Positions 38,143 to 51,313 of a stretch of 64,000 nt of DNA are shown here, piece after piece. A program made the translations under genes and the position numbers. The notes beneath the pieces are model-generated. The model had not been told where the DNA came from and searched no databases. It was given only the letters and a program-made list of their open reading frames with translations. How positions within the stretch are numbered: the first letter of the stretch is position 1; every line of letters begins with the position of its first letter. The stretch is from Phaeosaccion multiseriatum (lineage: Eukaryota; Protista; Ochrophyta, other classes), in contig OZ218955.1 in NCBI GenBank assembly GCA_965112735.1, positions 2,418,001-2,482,000 on the forward strand, written 5' to 3'.

Positions 38143-41100
38143 TCAATCGTCCTCATCATCATCATCATCATCATCATCTTCGTCGTCCTCGTCATCCTCA
38201 TCATCCTCGTCATCATCCTCATCGTCGTCCTCCTCGCCGCCGTCGTCATCGCTGTCCGTGTCGTCTTCGTAGGGTTGCATGACCTGACAAGGCAGGGCAG
38301 GGCAGGCACGGGGTGTGGAGAGCAGAGAGGAAGGAAGAAAGGCATGAGCACGTACACAGCATCCACTCCCTACCCGGGGAAAGGACAGGGAGCTGAGGAG
38401 CTGCCGAGCTGCTGAGCTGGTCCAAAGCCTCAGTCTACACACTACACACCTGCTCGAACAGCGTGGGCTCATTGTCGAGGTCCACGTCGTCCTTGTGCGG
38501 GGCGTACACAGGAAGGGTGCTCGCGGACACCACGTCGAAGTTGGCCACGTCCTACACAGAGAGAAAAGTACAAGGTCAAAAGAGAGAGGGTAAGACAAAA
38601 GAGAGGGAGAAGAAGCAAAAGGAAACAAACGCGGGGTAAGCACGAGCTCCTATCCCTGCACTATGACCCAAGCACTCTCCCACACCCACAGCTCCCAACG
38701 CCGTACCACCAACTGCCACACCGCACCTTCTTGTTGAGCCCCATGTACGAGTCGCTGAGCAGCAGCACGTCCAGCGACAGGGTGCACGCCTGGTTGGGGG
38801 CCAGGATCTTGATTTCTTGTGACTCCACCCGGCCCTGGCCTGTGATCTTCTCCACTGCTACAAGCTGAGGACCGTCGTCGCACACCACACAGGAGGAGCA
38901 GCAGGGGAAGCAGCAGAATGGTTAGCAGAGGGGCACCGGCGGTAACAAGTAATCAGCGGTTGAGCCGGCCCGGCCCGCACGATGCTCTTCTGATTCGGGC
39001 TCTTGCCTGACTGAATGACTGATGGACACTGACCTGATTCTTCTTGACGTATCCGATGAGCACCCACCAGCCCTCCTCCAGCACCACAGGCATCTTGGGG
39101 GCGTATACAGGCCCCGCCTTCTCCCCTTCTGGCACGTTATTTCGCGTGATGGTGACTTTGATTGTAATGTAGTCGTTCTCAGCAATCACTTCCTCGTCCT
39201 CCACAAATGTCTCAATCTAGAGAGAGGAGGGAGAAACAAAGGGTGTTGTAAGGACAGCAGCACTTCGCGACGAGACCCTTCTGAGAAGTGTTGGTTGGTT
39301 GGTTGGTAGGGAGGGAGGAGGGGGACGAGGAGGAAAGGAAAGAGGGCCGCGGCCGCACTCACCTCCATGTCGATGTCTGGGATGCAGCTGCACACTCTAA
39401 ACACCTCGTCCTTTTGCTCCTTGCTGAGCTTGTCCAGGCCCTTTTTGTCCTTGTCCGCTAACTTCACGTAGTCCCTGATGCCCTTGGGCCCCCCCGGCGT
39501 GGACATGATTGCCTTTGCGTCCTCTCTGGTCAGGTGGGGCAGTTGCTGCACATCGCGGTCTCGGCCTTGCCACAAGCCCTGTAGTAGCGCGGCGGGAGAG
39601 TGGGTGGTTCACAAGGTACACAAGCAGAGGGGCGAATGGCAGAGCGTCAGACAAGGCAGGAGGCACGGTGGAGCAGAGGGCTACATACAGACAGTTACAG
39701 TGTGTAAACACAGGGCGTCCTCCTTCCTTCGCCGCTGCTGCCTCACCTGCGTCACGAACTGTGAGAAGGTAATGACGTCCACTGTGGTTTTGAGCCATCT
39801 TCTCGAGGCCGCGAGTTCGATCATGGCCTGGGAGAGGGGAGAGGGGAGAGGGGGGACAGCAGCGAAACGCAGGATCGCGTGAAGGGCTTTTTGGCTCACG
39901 GAGGAGCCTCACAGTTACGAACACGCGGAGGGAGGGAGGGAGGCTCAGTGCCCCTCCACCTGCATAGCTCTCTCCGGCCACCCCCCGGCATCACACCCCC
40001 ACCCCACCCCATCACCCCGCCATCTAGTTCTGATGCAGAGCTCACTGACTGACGCACTGACGCACCTCTATGAGATCTGGGGTTTTGCACAGCATGGCCT
40101 CGAGAGGGGGGGCCAGAGACTTGGGCACCGCCACGTCCCCTCCGCTGCAGTGCGCACAGATCAGGGCCACGCCTGTGAAAGGGCCGGGCGGGATGGGGCG
40201 GAACGGGACGGAGGCAGCAGGCAAAGGGCGTCAAGGGTTCCGCTCCGCTTCTTATGTAAGCGAATAAACGCACGCACCACACACGCATGCACGCACACGT
40301 CCCTCACCTTTCCGAATGACGGCAATGTCATACTTAAATCTGGTGTTGAAAGCGTCGGCTGGCTGCAGGCCCTTGAGCTTCTTGAGCAGGGCCAGCACCT
40401 CCGCCGTCTCCTCCTCCTGCTTCTTGCTCTGCTGCCCTGCGGCGTTCATCTTCCTAAACTCCGCGGACCCCGCCAGCACCTCGGGCAGGATCTTCACCAT
40501 GGAGCGCTCGCTGCAGCCAACACAAGCGCAAGAGAGAGAGAGACAGAGAGACAGCGACAGAGGCAAACAGACAGACAGACAGAGCCACACAGGGACAGAC
40601 AGACACCAGGCACAGTGGTAGAGGCAGAGACAGGGACAGAGACAGAGCGGTGGTGTGTCAGGCGCCTGCAGGGAAGGGCAGGCAGGGGGGGGGGGGGCTT
40701 GACATTCAACACTGAGCAATAAGCACTGACCTGAGCATGTGGTTGTACCACGCGTAGGACTCGTACATGACGTTCTTGTCGCCATATTTCTTGGAGTGTG
40801 CGTACCACATGGCCACCAGCGCTGCACACACAAGCATCAGGTATTCAGCGTTCAGGGGCTCTGGTCAGAGAAGGGTGGTGGTGGGGGGAAGCTTCGCAGC
40901 TTCATTCAGCAAGCGCTCTAGCGCTCCACCCCCCCCCGCGGACCTATGGCTCCCTCTGGCTCTCTCTCTATCGCCCTCTCTCTCTTTCTCTCTGTCTCGC
41001 CTTACCGGGGATGCCGATGCACATCACAATGAGGTACACTGTGAGCACGAAGTTATGCCAGTCCTTGTCCAGCAGGAAGGTGGGCAGGGCGATGGACACC

Positions 41101-42136
41101 TCCATCGGTTGCTTTCCGTCGGGGTTGCCGTACTTCTCCCAGTTTTCCTGCGAGGCGAGACGAGACGGGAGGGGACGGAGGGAGAGAGGACAGGTGCGAC
41201 AGGAGTCGGTTGGTAAGACGGGGAAGGGGGGGGGGGGGAGGGGCGGAGGCGTTGCTGTATCCGGCCCCTACACACGCCCACACAACCCACTCACCCTGGC
41301 GGTGGCGTCAGTGAGGGCCTCATAGGCCTTGGCGATCTTCATAAACATATCCTCGGCCATCTTGTTGCCGGGATTCTGAGAGAGACACACAAACACACAC
41401 ACGCACTCAACTTCGTTAGCACTCCAATGCAGGCACATTGAGTACAGGGGCTGAAGCAGAGCAGCGGAGCGACACTTCCCTCCTTCCCCTCTCCCCCCCC
41501 CTCCTGACCTTGTCTGGGTGGTACATGAGAGAGAGCTTTCTGTAGGCGCTCTTGATGCCTTTGTTGTCCACTCCCACCCCGACCCCTAGAATGGCGTACG
41601 GATCGAAGGAGGCGATCTCGGCGTCCCCCTCCATGTTTTGCACCATAATGAAGAAGATAGACCACCCCACCAATAGAGTCAGCGCCTGTGGGGGGAAGGA
41701 GGGGGGGGTGGGCAAGGGTGAACAAGAACGAGCAGTGTCGAGCAGAGAAGAAAGACATTGGGGGCTCACCGTGAAGTCGAAGGTCCACGAGCCGAAGAGG
41801 GACGAGAGGCCCTGCTTCTTGCCCTTAATGACCTTAACCTTGGCCTTCTCCTCGGCTGTGCGGGCAGGGAGCTTGGAGTCCGCTGGCGCTACTGCTCGGA
41901 ACATCTGCAGCACAGGCGGACAGCAGCGACGACGACAAGACCCCACGTCAATTTCAGCGCACGCAGTCCAAAGGGCACACGTAGGCCTTAGAGCTCTTGG
42001 ACAGACTCTCTTCCCCGCACTTGGTGCGGCTCTCTGTGGACCAGCCCTGATTCTTACTGCGGCTGTCCTTCGGCCCCATCCTTCCCGCGCCTCTCCTGCT
42101 GCTGTTGATCCGTCTGCTTCTGATGCTCCTGATGCT

Positions 42137-42171
<35 letters not shown>

Positions 42172-42324
42172 TGCTGCTGCTCCTGTGCAGCCCGGCACCC
42201 CTTCATCCCTTCCGAACAAGACTTAACGCACCTGCCACCCCACGTGGAAGGACACTGGCACCAGGTAGAAGGTGATCATGGTGAGGGTGAAGTAGTAGAA
42301 CGCCGAGTTGTCATACTCAAGCAT
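38143..42324 (-). CDS. SEC63: Translocon subunit Sec63/ERdj2 (many exons)
   Basis: MLEYDNSAFYYF, J domain FDPYAILGV..IKSAYRKLSLMYHPDK, ENWEKYGNPDG, IALPTFLL, QQLPHL, VYAPKMP..EGWW, SDSYMGL and an acidic tail. Confidence 0.95.
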
Positions 42325-42919
42325 GGTGCCTCAGCTCCGCTGGAGCAGGCTGTCAACCGAAGCACACAAGAGAGCAGTAGCAGGAGCAGCAGCAAGTGGG
42401 GAGGTGCGTGACTTGGCTGCGGCGGAAAGAGGGTGTATGTGTTGGGGGGGGCTCCCACTCAACAATTGCTTGACCAAGTGTGCTCCAGTTTTGGACAAAA
42501 TAAGTGAGGTTTCGGCACTGCAATGCAATGGGTGATGACGCCACTGCTGCTGCTGCCTCTGCCCCTGGCCCGTCGGCCGGCCACTCCACTCCAAAACGTA
42601 AGCCTCTCGCCGTGACCACTCAGGCCCCTCTTTCGGCAACTTCAGATCTTTTGCCCCAACACACCCAGGTCCGCACTGCAACAGTGCAGCATCCTCATCT
42701 CACCTCCTCAACCACGCAACCTCGTCTATGCTCTGGCCCTTCCTTGGCCTTCTACACTGCACGAAATGATGTCCCTATTATGTGCGTAAGATTACGTAAT
42801 TGCCACGAGGCACTCTTTACTCTTCCTTCTCCCAATGGGGTGCTACCTAGATTCCTACACCGCGTAGCTCTGTCGAGCCGAGGAGCAGGCGGGTAGCGCC
42901 GCGCCCCTGAGAACCGCCT

Positions 42920-43225
42920 TTACCAGCCTGAGAAGTTGTTGGAAAAGCCTGACGCTTTCTTCTTCTTCGGTGGTGGCGCTGCTGCCGCTGGCTCTGCTGC
43001 TGTTGCTGTCGATGCTGCTGTTGCTGTTGCTGCTGACTTCTTGATGTACTTCCCCACTCCGCTGCTGCTGGAAGTGCTCGCGGTCAATACTGGTACTGCT
43101 GCTGCTGCTGCCTTCGGGGTGGGCTGCCCCACCCTACGCTTCTTGGCCTCTTCCGCGGCAGCCTCCCTGGCGGCTATCTTCTCCTTTACCTCGGCTTCGA
43201 AGAGGGCCTCCATCTGTACATATAT

Positions 43226-43259
<34 letters not shown>

Positions 43260-43716
43260 CAAGCTGAGCTGAGGCTGAGGAGAAACACATAAAGTCAATG
43301 CCCATCTGAAACTGACCTCTGGTATGGGGTTCTGGAAGACCACCGCCTTCCGAATCACCACTTCCTCCCTGGGCCTGTCCTTGGAGTCCACTTCCACGCC
43401 CTCCAGTCGGGCCAGCACGTCGAGCCCGCCCACCACGCGGCCGAACACGCTGTGTTTGCAGTCCAGGTGCTGGCAAGACTTGAAGGTAATGTAGAACTGG
43501 CTCTTGTTGGAGTGGGGCCCGCTATTGGCCATGCACAGCTGACCTCTCGCGTCGTGTAACAGGCGAGAATCGAACTCGTCTTTGAAGGAGCCGCCCCACA
43601 GACTCTCACCTCCTCGCCTGCGTGGGTGGTGGGGCGGAGAAGGGTTGGGTTAGATTTCCCCCCCTACACACAGAGAGAGAGACAGAGAGAGCAACAGCCA
43701 GGAGCCCCCCGGGCCG

Positions 43717-43764
<48 letters not shown>

Positions 43765-46025
43765 CGACCCCTCAACCCCCGCCCTGACTCCCTGATTCCC
43801 TGACGCCCTCCCTCACTCACCCTGTGCCCGTGGGGTCTCCCCCCTGTATCATGAAGTTAGGTATGACGCGGTGGAACTTGGCCCCGTCGTAGTACTCCTT
43901 CTCGCACAGCCCGAGGAAGTTTTCGGCCGTGCGCGGCACCATGTCGAGGTGCAGCTCCAGGTTGAGGTTTCCGAGGCTGGTCTGCAGTTGCGCGTACGCC
44001 TTCTTCTTGAGCTTCCTTAGGCGTGCCCATCTCGCCTCCCGCACCTCCTCGTCTGGTGGGAGAGGACAGGAGAGCCCATCAGGTATATGGTTGGGTATGC
44101 ATCATTACACTCGGATGCCAGACGCTCTTTTCTTATGCAGCCAGTGTGCCATGCAGGCAAAGAACGCCCTTCCCTTACCAGTGGCAAAGGCAGCGATGTT
44201 GGCGACGCTGAGGCCGACGGCTGTTGAAGTCAGAGAGCGAGAAGTCGCCCCGGTGCTCGCCTGCAGAAGCAAGGAACCGCAGCAGAGGGGTGAGGGATGG
44301 AGTCAGAGGCCAGGGTCCGCTCGTGGCCATGAAGCAGCTCCCACTCACCTGCTTTCCCTCGCAAATATCATCGGCGAGAAGCTTCTGCCTCTTCCAAATC
44401 GGCTCTCCTGCCGCCACCTGTTTAGCCAGTTTGGATGCAGCCTCTTGCGCCTCTTTCTCCTCTTTGTCTGCTATCTCTTGCTGGTCTCTGACGTTGAGGG
44501 CGGTGGTGCCAACACGAAAGTAGTCAAAGGGACTGAAGCCAATGACACAAGTTGGGCCGCACCCCCCCCTTTCTCACCTTTTTCGCTTCTCCTTGATTTC
44601 TCGGAAGATGCCCGTGGTCGTTGCGTTTGTCCTTATATTCGCAATGGGTCCGAGTTTGGCAGCTTCCGCTTGCTTCTCGTCTCTCACCTAGTCAGCACAG
44701 CCGCGGCGGGGGTTACAGACAAAGGCAGGCACACGTCGGACACACAGCCGTAGAGGGCCATCCATGACACCCCAAGGACACTACTCGCTCGGCGTACCTG
44801 CTGCAGGTGCGTAAAGTTGCTAATGTCTCTCCTGCGCAGGAGCTCCTGATCGTTCGGATCGTTGAGCAGGATGATGTCCTTCTTCGTCATAGGCTCCCCC
44901 GTCAGCAGATCTGTCCAGCATTTGGCCTGCGAGGAGAGGGGCCGCAACAAGCTCAAGTGTTTCTTTACTTTCATGAACAGTCCCCCGTTAACAAGGCACG
45001 CCAGTAACAACCATCAGCGCACCTTCACGTTCAGCTCCTCTACAGCCTAGGAGAACAACAAGAGAGAAAAGGCGAGCAGAATGTGAGTCGGCGTGAGCAA
45101 GTCACAGCCATCTTTAGTCAGCCATGCATACCTCCGCGGCATAGACGTTTCCACTGGTCTTGATCGCCACTATGCGGCTGTTGTCGTTGAACACCTGAGC
45201 GTGTCACATGTGGTGGCAAAACGAAGACACGTCCTCACTCATCAGGTTCAGCGGTCAAAACCAGTCACCCCGATCTACGGCCCTCAAAAGCCCGTCCGAT
45301 AGTCCGGCCGCTAGTCCAATATAGGCCAAACTTGCTTTGGCACCGTGGCCCCTCTCCCACCCCCAACCCCAACCCCCGAGGCTGTGTGCATCAATGCGTA
45401 CCTTGCACGTGACAGGGCAGTGCCACCTGCCGTCCCCGTTCTTGGCCATGTTGAGCCGAATCAAATCCTTCGCAGCCATGGGGGCCCCGGTGAGGGGGTT
45501 CTGAAGGAGACAAGACGTGTAGGTGAGGGAGTGCTCCTCCTTTACTCTACACGTGTCCTTTTCTTTTTACCTCACCTTCTTGTGCTGCTTGACCCAGGGC
45601 ATGATGTTCAGTATATCATACATCACGCCTTCCTCCGAGCACACAGGAGTCTACGATGCCAAAGTAAGAGGATACTGTTAGAGAGGAGGGAACTTTATAT
45701 CCTGCGACACACTCTTCTCGCTTCAATTACATCCTCCATCCTAACCTGAAATGGACTCAGAGACAAGGCGCAGCAGTCGAAGGCCAACGGCCTATACTGC
45801 GAGCCTGTCTTTTTTGTTTTCTTTCCTCCCCAATCGTTCGCCCACTCGCTGGCACTCACGAACATGCGGTCCTGGCGAGGGAAAGGATAACGAAAGCACA
45901 GCAGGGGTCACAGAAGAGCAATCAGAAGCTTACAGAGAGAAGTGCGGACGCCAATTTTGTGTGAAAGACGTGGTGCGACAGGAGGTGCGACATAGCACCA
46001 TCACCTTTGTATGTTTCTTCCCCAT
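42920..46025 (-). CDS. PPIL2: RING/U-box cyclophilin PPIL2/Cyp60 (multi-exon)
   Basis: [41 protein letters not shown], and cyclophilin core [46 protein letters not shown]. Confidence 0.93.
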
Positions 46026-46407
46026 GTTGGCCGCTGTTAGCCTCGCACTAACGCGCAATAGAGCTGTGTGCAGTGCGGAGCAGGTCTGCAGCAGTTGGTG
46101 CGCCAAGCCCTTCATGTCACAGGTGTCGGAGGATGGCACTGGATGGCGAAACGGCACACCTTCCTAATGGTGCATATAAAGACTCTTTCATCTCCTTACG
46201 GCTGCGCATTGGGCTGTGATACGTATCGGTGAGGTAGAAGATTAATGAAACCTCCCCCCCACTCTCTTATTCTCCTCAGCTTTGACCCTCATGTCCATCT
46301 TTTCGCAAAGAAGGAAACGAGAGACAGAAGAAAAATAAGAGGAAGTTCTTTCCCCATGCTTTGTGCTTGCCTGGAAGACAGGTCTTGGCCGCGGTACATG
46401 TCACATC

Positions 46408-47352
46408 ATGCCTCGAGTTCTGGAGAAGCTGAGTGATGAGGAAGTGGCGGAGTTCAGAGAGATCTTCAACCTCGTGGACAGAGATGGAGGGGGGAGCATC
46501 ACGAAGGAGGAGCTTGGGGAATTGATGGACACGCTGGGAATCGAGGCCACTGCCACAGAGATTGACGCCATGATTATGGAGATTGACCAGGACAGCAATG
46601 GAGAGATCGACTTTGAAGGTATGTGGAATGGAAAGAGGCCGAGGAGAGGGAAAGGGGGGGGGGGGGATATTGAAGGAGGGGGGGGATTGGATTGAACGAA
46701 TCCAACACGTTGTTGGGGTCCAGATGAGGTCCGAGCAGAGAGAATAAAGACTCTTTGACAAGTCCCTCTTCCCCATCGATCTCTTGCGCGCGCAACAGAG
46801 TTCGTTGCAGTCATGTCCAGGAAAGTGAACGCTTCGTACACATCGGAGCAGGTCAAGGCCGCCTTCAAGGTCAGTACTTACCGCCTGGGAGCAAACCAAC
46901 GAGCGCCTATTCTCACATTGCTTCCCGCGGAATAGGTCTTCGAAGGAGGCAATAACCCCGGCTTCATCAAAGTGGACGACTTGGTGAAGGCGCTCATGAT
47001 TTACGGGTCGGAGAAGCTGTCAGAGGACCAGGCGCAGGAGTTAGTCAGTCAGGTGAGAGGCTTCGATCCCCGGATGAGACGAAGGAAATAGTGCGCGAAA
47101 ATGGCGAGAGAGAAGGGGGCCTCCTCATCAAAACCACATGACTACCGGACTCGCTGTATTTGCCCAAGCGAAGGGGTGGAGTAGGGGTTTTCTTTCCCTG
47201 GAGTAACGCCCTGGAGTAACGCCCCTCTCTAACCTACATCTTTTCTCTCGGACTGTCTCGGTCTCTGCCCCCCCTCGGCCCTTCAGCTGGAGCCCGACCA
47301 CAACGGCCTCGTCAATTACCACGAGTTTGTGGGCATGATGTTGACGAAATAG
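46408..47352 (+). CDS. Calmodulin-like EF-hand protein (4 exons)
   Basis: LSDEEVAEFREIFNLVDRDGGGSITKEELG..IDQDSNGEIDFEEFVAVM..KAAFKVF..EPDHNGLVNYHEFVGMM. Confidence 0.92.
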
Positions 47353-47739
47353 GGTCACGAAAGAATGGCCACCCACCTCCCATCGTGTGCAGCGGCAACA
47401 CTCCGGACAACCTCCAAGCACCCGCTCCCCCGACCTCTCTGGTGCGGCAGTTCCTGCTGTCTCACCCTCTTCAGAGGCGAACATGATTGCTGTTCTGCGC
47501 AGCCAGGTACCGTGCTGGGTACCCCCTGGGGTGGTAACAGGAGTTAATGGCAACAGCTGCTTCTCTCCGCCCCGACGCCCGACGTGCCCGTCTTCCTTCT
47601 TACCTTCGCCTTCTGGCTGGCTAGTTGGAGGCTGGGAGAGAGAAGAGAGGAAGAGAAAAGAGAAATGAGAAATGAAGCCAGTTTCGGTTTCAGCTTATTA
47701 GTCCCCGTGTTGGATCTCCACGGGACCACAATAGTATAA

Positions 47740-49576
47740 ATGAAAGAGAGAGAGAGAGAAAAGAACAAAACGATCAAAGGATGGCTTCTTTTTCATATGC
47801 TGATGAGTTGCTACTGCTCCCACGGTACGTCCTTCCAAGTACGCAATTTGGTGCGTGGCGCGCCGACCGTCAAAGCCCGCACAGCGACAATGATGGCGAC
47901 GACCACAGACACGGGGGGAGGAGGCAATGAATGCCATTCACGGGTTGTTGTCCTCAAGGTAGAGTCAAGGGAGGCGGAGCGGTTTCTCTCACTTGTGGAT
48001 GGGGTTGAGATCAGCGGCGGGGAGGAGTTCGACTCCCGCCTTGACTCCTCCCCCGACAGTGGGATTCGTGAGGGTGCTATTGATGCGGCGAAGGGTGTTC
48101 TCTCCGCCTTGGAGAGCATAGAGGAGCACCTTCGTTCGGATGATAAGTATGAAGCAGTCGCCACCCCATCGTATGTGGCGGAGTTGAAAGATGAGCTCAC
48201 AGGCCATATACGAGGGATGGAAGGCGGGAAAGAGAAGACAGAACAGGCAAGGGCCGAACTAGAGATGCATCGGTCTGAATTAGCTCGTTTGAACCGTATC
48301 GTCGCACGAAAGGAGGCGAAGTTGGCGCTTATGAGGAAGAGCATGTTTCAGAACTTCTTCTTCTTGGGCTGGGACGAGAAGTCCGTCGAGGCTGAAATCG
48401 CGCGCGTGGTGGATGGTCCGGTTTCCTCCTTCCTCCTTCCGAAGGACATGTGCCTGGTCTGGATCTCGAGGACATCGCTGCTGCTCTTGGTGCCGGTGTC
48501 GCTACTACTCGCGGAGCAGTACGTGCAGCTCTCCGAAGCCTTACGAGCCGGCAGCAACCCATGCGTGTACAAGCCAGTAGGATGCGTGTACACGCCAGTA
48601 GAGGAGGAGCACCAGGCAGTAGAGGAGGAGCAGAGTGTCCCTTCCTTGCGTCAGCTCGCTGCTCAGGTTGCCGAGCAAACAAAGGCCCTGGCAGTCGCGG
48701 ACATTTGTTGGGGGAAGCTGCCGACCGAGAGGGGTGAGCTCACCCTCCTTGGAGGGGCAGGTAAGTTGTGGTTGGCCGCAAAGGGGAGAAGAGTTCTTTC
48801 GCTCACGTGCGCAATTTCCTCCTCCAGATGAAGGCGCTCATGCTGGCATCTTGAAAGATCTCCGCATTCCGCCGGAAGCGTATCTACCCCTCAACAGCAG
48901 CGCGGTGCACACGTATTTCGACAGGAGAGAGGGCCGCCCTCCTCGTGTGCGCCTTCGCGTCAAGATAAGCCGTGGACCAGTTCCGCGATGGATAGCACCA
49001 ATACTGGAGCCAATCCGGAGATACGCGATTGCTCCCAAAGAGGGTGAGGGAGAGGAGGTTACCGTCGAGGCCCACCTCCGCGAGCGACCACCACGAGGGC
49101 AAAGAAGCTGTATCGGGAAGGCTGGCTTCCTCGTGCCCAAAGTTGCCGGCAGCCTCAACAACGACGCCATGACCACGGCTCTGTCTACTCTCTTCGGCGT
49201 GAGCAAGACACGCGCAAATGTCCGCATTGCCCCTGTGAAGTACGTTTACGTGGACCCTCGCTACCGGGGCTTCGGCTTGGGCACGAAGCTGTTCCTCGCC
49301 GCCATGGAGTGCCTGGCGGGGGCAGGGGTCGACTTTGCGCTGATCGTGGTGGAGGACAATGGCAGCGACAGGTACGTCTTCAGCGCAAATGTACTCGTTT
49401 AGCTCCATCAGTTTGGTAAACTGTGTCTCCTCTCTCCCCTCGCTGTGCTCTGCCCCCCCCCCCCCTCTCCAAGGCTCTTTCCGTTCTACGAGAAGATGGG
49501 ATACGTAAGAGCTGATTCTCTGCTGGGCATTCCCAGAGCAATGCTGGCTCCGTTACGCCCGCAGCCGCGTCAGTAG
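47740..49576 (+). CDS. GNAT acetyltransferase with long N-terminal coiled region and possible presequence (3 exons)
   Basis: YVYVDPRYRGFGLGTKL (acetyl-CoA motif A) and LFPFYEKMGY. Start codon uncertain. Confidence 0.8.
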
Positions 49577-49657
49577 GGAAAGCGCATGGTACAATTTTGG
49601 CATTAGAATTTAAAAGGTTTTATGTACAAAACGTGGGTTTGCGCGTGCCCTCACGGC

Positions 49658-50716
49658 TCACACATGCACAGGCACTGTCGCAGATGCCGTCGTCTTTGCT
49701 TGCACGGCTGCGCTGCTGGCCGCGGCCCCGGCACTCGCCGGCGAGTGCTCCTCTCTAACGTAGGGGCCCAGCTCTCCGCTCCCCCCCAGCCCCCCCTCCC
49801 CCTCAGCTACCCCGCCCCCGCTCACAGGGCTCGGCCCCACGGCGGGGCACTGTGCCACGCCGCGCGTGTCGAGAAGCCACTCGAGGGCTGCATATAACAA
49901 ATCGGCTTCGTCCTGGTTTCTCGCCTCCAGGCCCACGTTGCCGTTGTGCAAGGTCTTCATCCAAAGCACCTTTCCGTGTAGCTCCACATCGAGCAGATCG
50001 CACACAGGCACCACTCCCTTCTGCACCCTGGCCCTCACCGCCTTCCACCGCCCGCCTTCTGCTGCTGCTGCTGCTGCGCCTCCTGCTCCTACCCCTGCTG
50101 CCCCGCCCCGCCAACCCCCCCAGCCCCACAACCTGCTCCTCGCGCTCTTCCAACCCAATTCGTGTCGCTTGGTGTCCAGACGAAACGTCCGCCTGGCCAC
50201 ACCGCTCTTGTGTCTGTGGAACTTGGTCACTTTGATGCCGGGGCCTGAGCTGAGGCGCCCGATGAACTGTTCCACGGTCCTGTCCAGCCCGTAACCCCCT
50301 TCGGAGTCGCCTATTGCCGCTCCGTGACTCACGCAAGTGTACGCGGAGTTGGCCGTAGACATGGCCCGTGTGGTTGCCTTAGATACCGGAACTGCGCTGC
50401 ATTCTCGCCACTGTTTGAAAGTCAATATATCCATCTCATTCACCTCAGGTAGCTGCACTTCGATGTTCTCAGCCTCGCCATCCGTAGAAGCCGCTGTCAG
50501 GTGCTCGTGCTGTTTCAACTCTTTATGGAGCTTCCTCTTCCGTCCTCCCTTTATTCTGCTGGACCTCCTGTCGCTCGACCTCCTGTCGCTACTCATCCCG
50601 ACACTCATCTCTCCTCGCCTGCTTGTTCTCCGAGATCCCACCGCGTGAAGCCCAGTCGAACTCATTGTCCTTCGATAGTCATGTGGTTTCCCGTCTCTTC
50701 TCTTTGAGGGAAACAT
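49658..50716 (-). CDS. PH-domain-like protein (single exon)
   Basis: GIKVTKFHRHKS..RRTFRLD..LGWKS..VPVCDLLDVE..VGLEARNQDEADLLYAALEWLL resembles the PH fold. Confidence 0.6.
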   Translation of the reverse strand: MFPSKRRDGKPHDYRRTMSSTGLHAVGSRRTSRRGEMSVGMSSDRRSSDRRSSRIKGGRKRKLHKELKQHEHLTAASTDGEAENIEVQLPEVNEMDILTFKQWRECSAVPVSKATTRAMSTANSAYTCVSHGAAIGDSEGGYGLDRTVEQFIGRLSSGPGIKVTKFHRHKSGVARRTFRLDTKRHELGWKSARSRLWGWGGWRGGAAGVGAGGAAAAAAEGGRWKAVRARVQKGVVPVCDLLDVELHGKVLWMKTLHNGNVGLEARNQDEADLLYAALEWLLDTRGVAQCPAVGPSPVSGGGVAEGEGGLGGSGELGPYVREEHSPASAGAAASSAAVQAKTTASATVPVHV

Positions 50717-51313
50717 CTCCAGCTCGCGGAGAGGCAATCGCCGCCCTCTCCTCTCTATAGAACCCCCCTCTCCCTCCCTCTGTCTCTCTCCCCCCCTCCC
50801 CGCTCTCTCCTCTCTATATCTGGTCTCGATCTGTGCTCTCTGCTCTTTCTCTCCGTCTCCCTCTCTTTTCTGTCTCTGTCTCTCTATTTTATAAAATAAG
50901 CCCACGCCCTTTTTCCGGGTTCGGTCTCCCATATGCCTGTGCTCACGCGCACCCCCCCGGGTCCATGGTTGGGAGTGGCGACGAGCGATCAGCAGAGGTT
51001 TGTTGGAGAGGTAAGGCATAGGGAGGGACTGCGAAGGGGGGGTTGGCAAGCCTGGGTGGTGGTGCGAAGAGAGAGCTGTTCTGTTGTCGCAAGGGATGCG
51101 GGTGATAGGTAGTAACAGCTAGGGAAGCGACCAAACACTTTTTCCCAAGAAGAGGGTCTTTACCTCTGCGTTAGCCAGACGCCGCCGTCTCTTTCTCCAC
51201 AGTACATGGCCTTTCTCTCGCTCACTAGCTCTGTCCCCTTTCCCTCTCTCACGCTTTGATTTGGCTTTTGCGTCTCTGGACCGCGAATTCATAGGCACCA
51301 ACAAGTGGACATT

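Noticed and set aside
47055-47075. tRNA T-loop-like ggcttcgatcccc
   Set aside because: Intronic, with no cloverleaf, D arm or acceptor stem.
50717-51049. N-terminal extension of the 463-aa ORF for the PH protein
   Set aside because: Runs through a (GA)-rich low-complexity UTR/promoter tract from a non-ATG start; ATG 50716 is more plausible.
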